A stretch of DNA of 26,935 nt from Holosporales bacterium (GCA_031290075.1 JAITOG010000033.1:1-26935), one strand, 5' to 3'; positions 8,667 through 16,972 are shown, counted from the stretch's first letter. Notes: a model not told the origin generated them from the letters alone. Numbers and translations are program-made.

Positions 8667-8834
8667 ATGGCTAAATCTACTAGTATTTTAATTAAGTTGG
8701 TAAGTAGTGCAAAGACTGGATATTTTATTGTAAAAAGTAAAAATGCAAGGAAAAAACCTGAAAAACTTGAGCTAAAGAAATATGATCCAGTTGTACGTAA
8801 ACATGTCTTATTTAAAGAAGCAAAAATAAAGTAA
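8667..8834 (+). CDS. rpmG: 50S ribosomal protein L33 (not in the ORF track)
   Basis: [55 protein letters not shown] (55 aa). AAGGAG RBS at 8652-8657. Confidence 0.97.
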   Translation: MAKSTSILIKLVSSAKTGYFIVKSKNARKKPEKLELKKYDPVVRKHVLFKEAKIK

Positions 8835-8896
8835 AGATAAAAAATCAGAGAGTTTTTTATTTAAGCTTATTTTGGTTATTTATTTTTTCGTTCTAT

Positions 8897-9766
8897 TCAA
8901 GTAAGGTTGTTTAGTCTTTTTAAAAGATTTTTAAATTCTTGAGCTTCGAAAAAATCTGATAAAGTTTCTTTATCTATTTTCATAGGAAATTCTAGTTTTT
9001 CTTCATTAAAATCTATTTCAATATCGCTTCTTAGCGTTACAAGTTTTTTGGCTAATATTGCAAGGTTTGCGTATTTGGTTAATAATTCTCTGCGTTTTTT
9101 TTGCGGAATTACATGGATGTTATTTAATAATAAATCTAAAGAACCAAATTTGTTAATTAATTCTGCTGCAATTTTTACTCCTATACCAGGAATCCCAATA
9201 ATACCGTCTGAAGGGTCTCCTGCTAAAGCCTGTACCTCAATAACTTTTTCAGCATGAACACCAAATTTATCTAAAATATCGTTTTCAGTAACCCATTTTT
9301 CTTTTACAGGATTAAAAATTAAAGTATTTTCATCGTAAAGTTGCATAAGATCTTTGTCTGATGAAATAATAACTATGCGAATCCCTTTAGTTTTAGTTAT
9401 TTTTGAATAGGTAGCAATTATATCGTCAGCTTCAAATCCGGCCTTTTCTATTATCGGACAATTAAATGCCGTAGTTGCTTGTCTTATTATTGAAAACTGA
9501 TGCTGCAAATCTTCGGGAACTTCTTTCCTATTAGATTTATAGCTAGGATCTATTTCATGACGAAAATTTTTTCTAGAAACATCAAAAGCACCTGCCCATA
9601 AAGCATTGTTGCTATGCTGGCAAATTCTTTCCCTTAGCTTTAGCATCATACTGCAAAAACCTAGAACAGCGCCAATTGGCGCTCCATCAGTACGAGTAAC
9701 GGCAGGTAAAGCGTAATATGCCCTATAAATAAAACCGGAAACGTCGATAAGGTAAAGTGTTTTCAA
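8897..9766 (-). CDS. Stand-alone 5'-3' exonuclease (PolA N-terminal/flap endonuclease domain)
   Basis: LYLIDVSGFIYRAYYA, YKSNR, GFEADDIIATY, SSDKDLMQL, ALAGDPSDGIIGIPGIGVKIA; 289 aa with no polymerase domain. TTG start. Confidence 0.92.
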   Translation of the reverse strand: MKTLYLIDVSGFIYRAYYALPAVTRTDGAPIGAVLGFCSMMLKLRERICQHSNNALWAGAFDVSRKNFRHEIDPSYKSNRKEVPEDLQHQFSIIRQATTAFNCPIIEKAGFEADDIIATYSKITKTKGIRIVIISSDKDLMQLYDENTLIFNPVKEKWVTENDILDKFGVHAEKVIEVQALAGDPSDGIIGIPGIGVKIAAELINKFGSLDLLLNNIHVIPQKKRRELLTKYANLAILAKKLVTLRSDIEIDFNEEKLEFPMKIDKETLSDFFEAQEFKNLLKRLNNLT

Positions 9767-9780
9767 TTTTATTTACCAAT

Positions 9781-11118
9781 TTACTCGTTTTCTTCTTCTT
9801 CTTCTTCTTCTTTATCTTCGAAAAGGCCTCTTAATTCTTCGTCTATGCAATCATCAACTAAAAGATCAAAAATAAATTCTTCGCAGTCCTCTTCATTTTG
9901 AGAAATTTCTTGTCCAGCTTTAAATTCTCCCAAATCTTTTAAAAATTTTATATTGACTGTTTTTGTTTTAACCTCGTCTTCTCCGATTATTATAGCAAGC
10001 AACACATCAGCTTTATCGCAATACCTAAGTTTTTTGGTAAGTTTGTCGTGTGTGGGAAATAGAATAGAGCCTATTGATTTGGTCCGTAAATCAGTGGCTA
10101 TTTTGAAGGCTTCGTACAACTCAGCTTCAGTAACATTCAAAACCGCAATCTTAATACCAGAACTACCATATTTATCTCCACATGCCACTATAAGTCTATC
10201 TACACCAAAGGCCATTCCAACTGCTGAAATATCAGGCCCTTCAAGATTTTTTACAAGGCTATTATATCTTCCTCCACCACACAAAGCTAGACCATCTTGG
10301 TCAATAAACTCAAATACTGTGTGATCATAATAATCAAGCCCTCTAACTAGGCGTTGGGTATAATCATACTCTATCCCCAATGTTTTCAAGCCTTTTGTAA
10401 CTTGAGATATAAAATTTATAGCATTTGCAGAAAGGTAATCAAAAATTAAGGGAGCCCCTTCACAAATTTTTTTATCACCGGAATCTTTAGAGTCTAGTAT
10501 TCTTAAGGGGTTTTCCTTTAACCTGCGTACACTATCCTCGGATAAATCCTTTTCATACTTTTTCAAATACTCTACTAAAACTTGTTTGTATTTTTCTCGT
10601 GTTTCCTTATCTCCAACTGTATTTACAATCAATTTTGCATGTATTTTTAATTCATCAAGTGCGGATTTTGTAAATGCAATAATTTCAACATCACTAATTG
10701 GGGAATCAGAACCAATGCATTCAATACCAAATTGATAAAATTGCCGATAACGTCCTTTTTGAGGGCGGTCGTATCGAAACATTGGCCCATAATAAAACAG
10801 TTTTTGAGGAAGATCTTGAGTAAGATTATTAGAAATTAAGGCACGTACAGTAGATGCTGTTCCTTCTGGACGTAAAGATAAACTGTTTTCTGAACGATCC
10901 AAAAACGAAAACATTTCTTTTCCCACAACATCTGTTTCTTCTCCAATTCCTTTTACAAAAAGACTTGTCTTTTCAAGAATTGGAGTTTCTAGAAAATTAT
11001 ATCCATAGTCCAAAGCCAATTTTTCAAGTTTTCGTATAATAAACCGAAAGGAATTAGCATCACTACCAATTAAATCTCTCATGCCGCGAACAGTTCCAAA
11101 TTTTTCCAGATTAGACAT
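9781..11118 (-). CDS. hisS: Histidyl-tRNA synthetase
   Basis: VRGMRD, LRPEGTA, YYGPMFRYDRPQKGRYRQFYQFG, LVRGLDYY, GGGRYN and GMAFGVDR. GGAG RBS 8 nt before the ATG. Confidence 0.97.
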   Translation of the reverse strand: MSNLEKFGTVRGMRDLIGSDANSFRFIIRKLEKLALDYGYNFLETPILEKTSLFVKGIGEETDVVGKEMFSFLDRSENSLSLRPEGTASTVRALISNNLTQDLPQKLFYYGPMFRYDRPQKGRYRQFYQFGIECIGSDSPISDVEIIAFTKSALDELKIHAKLIVNTVGDKETREKYKQVLVEYLKKYEKDLSEDSVRRLKENPLRILDSKDSGDKKICEGAPLIFDYLSANAINFISQVTKGLKTLGIEYDYTQRLVRGLDYYDHTVFEFIDQDGLALCGGGRYNSLVKNLEGPDISAVGMAFGVDRLIVACGDKYGSSGIKIAVLNVTEAELYEAFKIATDLRTKSIGSILFPTHDKLTKKLRYCDKADVLLAIIIGEDEVKTKTVNIKFLKDLGEFKAGQEISQNEEDCEEFIFDLLVDDCIDEELRGLFEDKEEEEEEENE

Positions 11119-11144
11119 TGTTGAAACTCCAAAATATAAAAAAA

Positions 11145-11228
11145 TGCCCAGAAGAAGACTCGAACTTCCAAGAACAAAAGTTCACTAACACCTGAAGCTA
11201 GCGCGTCTACCAATTCCGCCATCTGGGC
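11145..11228 (-). tRNA. tRNA-Leu (anticodon CAG)
   Basis: GCCCAGA/TCTGGGC acceptor stem, GGCGGAATTGGTAGAC D-arm, CTAGC-TTCAGGT-GTTAG anticodon arm, long variable arm, GTTCGAGT T-loop. CCA is not encoded. Confidence 0.95.
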
Positions 11229-11240
11229 TACGTCTTCAGC

Positions 11241-11269
11241 ATTATCTTCGATTTTAGTTAATTTATCAA
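11241..11269 (-). promoter_or_regulatory. Putative sigma70 promoter for tRNA-Leu and downstream hisS
   Basis: On the minus strand, TTGATA-N17-GATAAT ends 12 nt before the tRNA 5' end. The AT-rich background lowers specificity. Confidence 0.5.
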
Positions 11270-11311
11270 TAGGAAGATTAGCTAAGATTTTTTTCCGATA
11301 AAAACCGCTGC

Positions 11312-11406
11312 TATATTGGGGGCCCCAAAGAATGCGGATTTTAATTACTGCCAATCCTTTTTAATCCAAGAAGTTTGAATCCGCAATTTTTTGGGGTTTG
11401 GGTATA
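11312..11406 (+). repeat. 95-bp palindromic element type B, copy 1
   Basis: tatattgggggccccaaagaatgcggattttaa...aatccgcaattttttggggtttgggtata, with internal IR tgcggatt/aatccgca. Four copies in the window, all 95 bp. Confidence 0.9.
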
Positions 11407-11511
11407 CACTAGCAATTGCACAAAATAAAGTTTTTGGTAAATTTCTAGTAAAAATGGTACATAACGTATCTAATAAAAACCAATAAAATTGATCTAAAAT
11501 TTCGCGTTTTT

Positions 11512-12633
11512 TTATTTATTTTCCTTTGTTGCAATTAAAGCCGCTTCTAAAAAGCAATCAATATTGCCATCAAGCACCCCAAGCGCATTTCCAATTTCCA
11601 CGTTCGTCCTTGCATCCTTTACAAGTTGGTAAGGTTGCAAAACATAAGATCTAATTTGGCTTCCCCAAGCAATGTCCGCTTTATTTTTTTCTTGTTCATC
11701 AACTTTGGCCTGTTTTTTTCTTTGCTCTGCTTCATAAAGCTTAGCTTTTAGCATTGCCATTGCTGTTGCCCTATTGCGGTGCTGAGAACGGTCAATTTGG
11801 CACGAAACAATAATTCCCGTTGGAATGTGGGTTATTCTAATTGCGCTATCCGTTTTATTTACATGCTGCCCCCCGGCTCCGGAAGAACGGAAGGTATCGA
11901 CGTGTAAGTCTTTTTCTTCAATTTTAATATCAATACTTTCGTTGATTTCAGGGTATGTCCAAACGGAGGCGAAGCTTGTGTGACGGCGAGCGTTGGCGTC
12001 AAAAGGAGAGATTCTTACAAGTCTATGAACCCCATTTTCTGTTTTTAGCCAGCCATAGGCTTGAGAGCCCGAAATTTTCAGATTTATTGACTTAAACCCG
12101 GCTTCTTCTCCAATGGTTTCGTCAATTATTTCTACTTTAAAATGGCGCTCCTCAGCCCACCTTGAATACATCCTGGCAAGGATAGCAACCCAGTCTTGGG
12201 CTTCTGTTCCTCCAGCTCCTGAATTTATTTCTAGAAAACAATTACAAAAATCGGTTTCTTCAGATAACAAAAGCTCAATGCGAAGTTTTTCAAGTGTTGC
12301 TTCTAGGGATTGCAAATCTTGGCAACAAGTATCGAAGACCTGCTCATCATCTTCTTCCTTTGCAATTTCCAATAGGGCACACAAATCTGTGAAATCACGT
12401 ATATGCGCAGAAATTTTTTTAACTTCATCCTCAAGGTGAGACTTTTTCTTCATAATTTTATTGGCTTTTTGTGGATCATCCCAGAAGGAGGAAGATTGAA
12501 CCAATTCTTTATAACCAGACAACTCCCCTACTTTTCTCTCAAAATTTGAAGAAATTTTTATATCTTCAAGCTTTTTTGTAATATTTTCAATAAGCAGAGG
12601 AGCGTTAAAGTTATTTAGTCAAAACTGCGACAT
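11512..12633 (-). CDS. prfB: Peptide chain release factor 2; true start uncertain, in-frame TGA at 12619-12621
   Basis: GAGGTEAQDW, SPF (RISPFDANARRHTSFASV), GGQHVNKTDSAIRITH and WGSQIRSYV. The frame is open upstream of the track start (TTG 12522) to TGA 12621-12619. In-frame ATGs lie beyond it at 12633 and 12669. Confidence 0.95.
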
Positions 12634-12791
12634 GTGGAATACCTGTGAAACAAAGGAATGAAATCTCATTAACTCAATAGTCCCTATTTTTCAAACGAAA
12701 TGCAAGAAAAAAATAGATAAGAAAAAATAAACATTTTTTTTATTTATCTAAATTATAATTATACTTATGAATAAATATTTCAAATATAGCA

Positions 12792-14441
12792 ATGCTTTTT
12801 AGTACTGAAGAATTTTTTCAAGAAATATTATTAAATAGAAATTTAGTTTCTATTGATCAAACACTTATTGTTCAAAAAGAATTGAAAAAGAAAAAAAATA
12901 GTTATTCTTCAATTAATACTCCTTTAAGGTTAGATGAAATATACATTAAATTTGGTTTTATTTCTCAACAGGCAGCCCAACAAATCCTTACAGAAATAAC
13001 AGGCTTTCAATATATTGATCTTAATGAATTACGTCTTAATAAAGATATTTTTCGATTAATTGATGAAAAAATCCAAAAAAATTGTTTTTCTGTTGTTTTT
13101 GATTACTTTGAACAAATATTGAAAATTGCGATGTATGATCCTGAAGATTTATCTTTAAAGGATGTTCTTTTACAAAGTATTTCCTCTTCTAATGTTTTTG
13201 GGCCAAATACAAAAATTACATTTTTTTATGCAAATAAGGTAGAAATTTTAAAAATTTACAAAAATTTTTGCGTTTTTGATGAAAAAAATGAAAAAAACTA
13301 CATTTCTGAAAATAACGCCGATCTCAACTATTATAATGTAGTTGATTCGATTGATACCATTTTACAAGAAGCTGTTGCTAATAATGCTTCTGATGTACAC
13401 TTTCACCCAGAGCAATTTGTTGTTCGCGTACGACAAAGGATTGATGGGATTTTGCACACAGATTGCAGTATTCACAAAGATGTTTGGCGTAATTTTTTAG
13501 TCCGTTTTAAAATCCTTTCTAATTTGGATATTTCAGAATCGCGCCGCCCGCAATCAGGACATTTTGAAAAAGAAGTAAATGGAAAAATGTGTGATTTCCG
13601 AGTTTCTACACATCCAACGGTTTTTGGAGAAAGTATAGTTATTAGGATTCTTCAAAAAAATAGAAAGATACTTACGCTTGACCAGCTAGGATTTGAAGAA
13701 AAAGTTGTGGAGCAATTAAAAAATATAATAAAAGCTCCACATGGGTTGATCTTACTTTGTGGTCCTACAGGTTCTGGAAAGACTACGACTTTATATACTT
13801 TGTGTTCTTGCTTAAATTCAGAAACTCTAAATGTTATGACTTTGGAGGATCCTATTGAATCTTTGTTAAACGGCATAAGGCAAACAGAAATAAGAGAAAA
13901 CGGCGTTTTGAGTTTTACAGAAGGAATTCGCTCTATTTTAAGGCAAGACCCTGATGTAATTTTTATTGGGGAAATTCGAGATGAGGATACGGCTCAGATT
14001 GCTTTAAGAGCTTCATTAACGGGGCATCTTGTGCTATCTACCTTGCATGTTAATGACGTTCTTCATATTCCTAATCGCCTATATGATCTCGGCTTAAAAC
14101 CTTTGATGCTTTCTGGGCAGCTTTTGTTTTTAATGTCTCAACGTCTTGCAAGAAAAATTTGCGTAAATTGTAGTGGAAAAGGGTGTAAACAATGTAAAAA
14201 TAGCGGGTTTAAAGGGCGCTTTGCTATTACTGAAACGCTGGAAATTAATGCTGAAATAGACAGATTAATTTTAGAGCAAGCGTCTATTCAAACACTTTTT
14301 GAAACAGCTAGAAAATATGGATTTAATACAATGTATGAAGGTGGCATGGAAAGAGTTAAGCAAGGCCTTACAACTAGGCAGGAAATTGATAGGCTAGTAA
14401 AAAATGTATATACTGGGGTCCCCAAAGAATGCGGATTTTAA
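12792..14441 (+). CDS. GspE/PilB-family secretion or pilus assembly ATPase
   Basis: ASDVHFHP, RQRIDG, RRPQSG, Walker A GPTGSGKTT, TLEDPIE, LRQDPDVIFIGEIRD, TGHLVLSTLH and a CxxC..CxxC zinc motif. Confidence 0.93.
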   Translation: MLFSTEEFFQEILLNRNLVSIDQTLIVQKELKKKKNSYSSINTPLRLDEIYIKFGFISQQAAQQILTEITGFQYIDLNELRLNKDIFRLIDEKIQKNCFSVVFDYFEQILKIAMYDPEDLSLKDVLLQSISSSNVFGPNTKITFFYANKVEILKIYKNFCVFDEKNEKNYISENNADLNYYNVVDSIDTILQEAVANNASDVHFHPEQFVVRVRQRIDGILHTDCSIHKDVWRNFLVRFKILSNLDISESRRPQSGHFEKEVNGKMCDFRVSTHPTVFGESIVIRILQKNRKILTLDQLGFEEKVVEQLKNIIKAPHGLILLCGPTGSGKTTTLYTLCSCLNSETLNVMTLEDPIESLLNGIRQTEIRENGVLSFTEGIRSILRQDPDVIFIGEIRDEDTAQIALRASLTGHLVLSTLHVNDVLHIPNRLYDLGLKPLMLSGQLLFLMSQRLARKICVNCSGKGCKQCKNSGFKGRFAITETLEINAEIDRLILEQASIQTLFETARKYGFNTMYEGGMERVKQGLTTRQEIDRLVKNVYTGVPKECGF

Positions 14442-14503
14442 TTACTGCCAATCCCTTGAAACCCAAGAAGTTTGAATCCGCAATTTTTTTGGGTTTGGGT
14501 ATA
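14409..14503 (+). repeat. 95-bp palindromic element type B, copy 2 (supplies the last codons and stop of the ATPase)
   Basis: tatactggggtccccaaagaatgcggattttaa encodes YTGVPKECGF*, the end of the 12792..14441 ORF. Confidence 0.92.
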
Positions 14504-14599
14504 CGGAAGCATGAGAGAAAGAGAGACTGTAAAAAATTTGCGTAAATTATAATTCTCGTTTTAAAGGAGTAGTATCCTTTTTAAGAAGCAGCATCACTT

Positions 14600-15079
14600 T
14601 TAATTATTAATTATTATCTTCATAACTGCGTGCGTTGCTAATACATCAGCCCGTTCATTATCTGGATTTCCGTTATGCCCTTTAACCCAAGCCCAAGAAA
14701 TTCTTTTACCTTGGCATATATTATCCAGTTCAACCCATAAATCTTGATTTTTTACGGGGCTCTTATCTGCAGTTTTCCAGCCATTTTTTTTCCATTGTAC
14801 AATCCATTTTTCGATACCATTTTTTAAATATTGGCTGTCAGTAGTTATAAGTATATTATTACATGATTCTAATAAAGAAAGGACTTTTATTGCAGCCAAT
14901 AATTCCATTCTATTATTTGTAGTGTTATTTTCACCACCAGATATTTCAGCATCATAATTGCCTTGCTTAGCTATTCCTCCCCAGCCACCTGGTCCTGGAT
15001 TTCCACTGCAAGCACCATCAATAAATACGGAAACCGTCTCTTCTTTATTTATAACTGTTAAAAATTCAGAAAATAACAA
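14600..15079 (-). CDS. rnhA: Ribonuclease HI
   Basis: DGACSGNPGPGGWG, TTNNRMELLAAI, TDSQY, WKKNGWKT, VKNQDLW and WVKGHNGNPDNERAD. GAGG lies 5 nt before the TTG start. Confidence 0.97.
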   Translation of the reverse strand: MLFSEFLTVINKEETVSVFIDGACSGNPGPGGWGGIAKQGNYDAEISGGENNTTNNRMELLAAIKVLSLLESCNNILITTDSQYLKNGIEKWIVQWKKNGWKTADKSPVKNQDLWVELDNICQGKRISWAWVKGHNGNPDNERADVLATHAVMKIIINN

Positions 15080-15100
15080 AACAACCTCATAAAAAATAAG

Positions 15101-15349
15101 TTAAGCGATTATGTCAGGAGGAGCACAATTAACGAGCTCATCAATTTTCTTTTTTAAAAAAATGTATTGCTGCTTTAAAAAAGATACTTTAGAACTATTA
15201 ACAAAATTTTCCGAATTACTTTCTAAATCAAATATTGATTTCTCAATTTCATTTAAATCATTTTTTAAAGATTCTAGTTTTTTAAAAATAAAATGCTGAG
15301 GATTATTTTTGTTAACAGATTTTCCACAAGTTTCACAAATAGTCATCAT
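15101..15349 (-). CDS. DUF465/YdcH-like small coiled-coil protein
   Basis: 82 aa from ATG 15349, with a coiled-coil LESLKNDLNEIEKSI...LKQQYIFLKKKIDEL and the C-terminal PDIIA typical of alphaproteobacterial DUF465 proteins. The 174-aa track ORF is extended upstream into a repeat. Confidence 0.65.
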   Translation of the reverse strand: MMTICETCGKSVNKNNPQHFIFKKLESLKNDLNEIEKSIFDLESNSENFVNSSKVSFLKQQYIFLKKKIDELVNCAPPDIIA

Positions 15350-15475
15350 TCTAATAGAAAAGTAATTAACAAAGGCTCTCTTCAAAATTCTATGAAAAAA
15401 AATATAGAAAGTAAAAGAAAAAAGTAAATTGTGTGTGTTATTTTTTTTGTTCTCTTCATTTTCCGTATTTTTGAA

Positions 15476-15659
15476 TAGATTTCCTTCGAAACTAATTTCT
15501 TCTAGCAAAGTTGAAGGAGCATACGAAGCGCAGAACCGGAGTGTATAAATACATGAGGGGAATTTGGGGAAATCTGTGATTCCCCCCAAACCCCATGAGG
15601 ATTCGAGCATCGAAGCGACGAACAAATTTGCAGAAGAAATTAGTTTCGAAGGAAGTCTA
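15476..15659 (+). repeat. Palindromic element type A1 (RPE1-like), intergenic copy
   Basis: Arms tagatttccttcgaaactaatttcttct / agaagaaattagtttcgaaggaagtcta. Nearly identical to 21037..21221. Confidence 0.93.
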
Positions 15660-15698
15660 ATTTTAGATTACAATTTTTCTTTCTAAATTAGAAAATAA

Positions 15699-16514
15699 TT
15701 ATTGCAAGTAATTTATTAGTATTGAGGAAATATCAATAATTTTTATTTTGTTTTTAAATAAGATATTATGGATATTTGTAGTAAATAAAATTTTAATATT
15801 TTCCATAATTTTATAAAATACTTCAGTTTGGCTTTCAGCTAGTACATGAGTTACGATAACGACAATTTCACTAATTCCCATTTCTTGAATCTCTTTAATT
15901 GCTGCCCATATTGTTTGCCCAGAAGAAATCATATCATCTACGATTATACACTGTTTGTAATCATCTATTTTTTCTGGCAAAGAGATAATGCATTCATTTT
16001 TTCTGCGTTTTTTTATTGCTGTAAACGTGTTCAACCCTAATTTTCTGGCAAAAAGTGCCGCTCTATGGCGCGCCCCTTCATCTGGCGCTAAAACAAAAGT
16101 TTTCTTGCTAATAAACTCCTTAAAGTCACAACCGCTGAAAATCTCGGCTAAAGAGATATTATTAACATTTCCTGCAAAAAATTCATGAAAATCGCAAGTA
16201 ATCATCTTTTTTCCGATTTTTTGTAAAAAAATATCGTATAAAGCTTTTTCCCTAGAATACGGCATGTATGGCATACAAATTGTTTCAAAGCTTAGCTGCC
16301 TTCCTAAAGCCAAAGCACCAACAATCCCATCGTTTGGCATTTCGTAAGGTAATTGAAGCAATACCTTTTTCTTCCTTTCTTTTGGCAATTTCCAAAAAAT
16401 CTCTCCATCAGGATGATACTCATGCTCAACGTATACACAATCAATATTGCGCGTTTCACACAACTTTATAATAGAATAAAGTAAATCTGATTTTTTCCCA
16501 GTTAAAAATATCAT
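15699..16514 (-). CDS. prs: Divergent ribose-phosphate pyrophosphokinase (PRPP synthetase)-like protein
   Basis: HPDGEI, PYMPYSR, TCDFH, LAPDEGA and the PRT motif IIVDDMISSGQT, plus IVTH. Short (271 aa) and lacks a recognisable RQDR loop. Confidence 0.75.
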   Translation of the reverse strand: MIFLTGKKSDLLYSIIKLCETRNIDCVYVEHEYHPDGEIFWKLPKERKKKVLLQLPYEMPNDGIVGALALGRQLSFETICMPYMPYSREKALYDIFLQKIGKKMITCDFHEFFAGNVNNISLAEIFSGCDFKEFISKKTFVLAPDEGARHRAALFARKLGLNTFTAIKKRRKNECIISLPEKIDDYKQCIIVDDMISSGQTIWAAIKEIQEMGISEIVVIVTHVLAESQTEVFYKIMENIKILFTTNIHNILFKNKIKIIDISSILINYLQ

Positions 16515-16972
16515 TTTATATTTGCTTGTACTGTAAATGAAACCTGTTCTCTAACCTTTTCGGTCACAACACTTCCCTCAATTTTTAGAATCAATGTTTG
16601 ATTCTTGGGGGCAAATTCTTCAATTTTGACTTTTACCCCTTGCAGCCTTGGCTCAAATAGTCGAATTATAAGCTCACACTTTTCCTCTAACTTTCCCCAA
16701 CTTGCAGTATCTTCTATAAAAATATTTTCTGTTACTGGGAAACCAAGAAGTCCAGGGATCCCGGCTAGCTTTGTTTCGTCTTCATCAGCTTTTTGTAAAA
16801 ACTCATCTACTTCATGTATAGAAAAAGATGATCTTGTTTCAAATATTTCCGTTAATTCTTTTTGTATTGATTCCAAAAGTTCGTTAAAAGTAAAGAGGAT
16901 TTTTGTTGCTTGTTCGGCATTGGCTGTTAGCTGGTCGAAAAATGGGGCAATTGCAACAAATTGTTTTTTCAT
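16511..16972 (-). CDS. tssE: Type VI secretion baseplate subunit TssE (gp25-like)
   Basis: LLESIQKELTEIFETR, LGFP and IIRLFEPRLQGVKV follow the gp25/TssE pattern. 153 aa from ATG 16972 (the track starts at 17077). Confidence 0.75.
   Translation of the reverse strand: MKKQFVAIAPFFDQLTANAEQATKILFTFNELLESIQKELTEIFETRSSFSIHEVDEFLQKADEDETKLAGIPGLLGFPVTENIFIEDTASWGKLEEKCELIIRLFEPRLQGVKVKIEEFAPKNQTLILKIEGSVVTEKVREQVSFTVQANIK

Noticed and set aside
9048-12439. ORFs 9048..9257, 9953..10324, 10854..11039, 11079..11354 and 12113..12439
   Set aside because: Antisense to the exonuclease, hisS or prfB, or overlapping tRNA-Leu and a repeat.
12604-12610. CTT TAA C on the minus strand, which would slip +1 into the prfB frame
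   Set aside because: The codon immediately before it in that frame is TAA, the frame has no ATG or internal SD, and the site is about 20 codons upstream of the homologous frameshift position.
12619-12621. Genetic code 4 or 25 (UGA as sense) as the explanation for the prfB TGA
   Set aside because: TGA ends potB (24606-24608) and tssE (16511-16513), no other gene has an internal TGA, and an RF2 gene is present.
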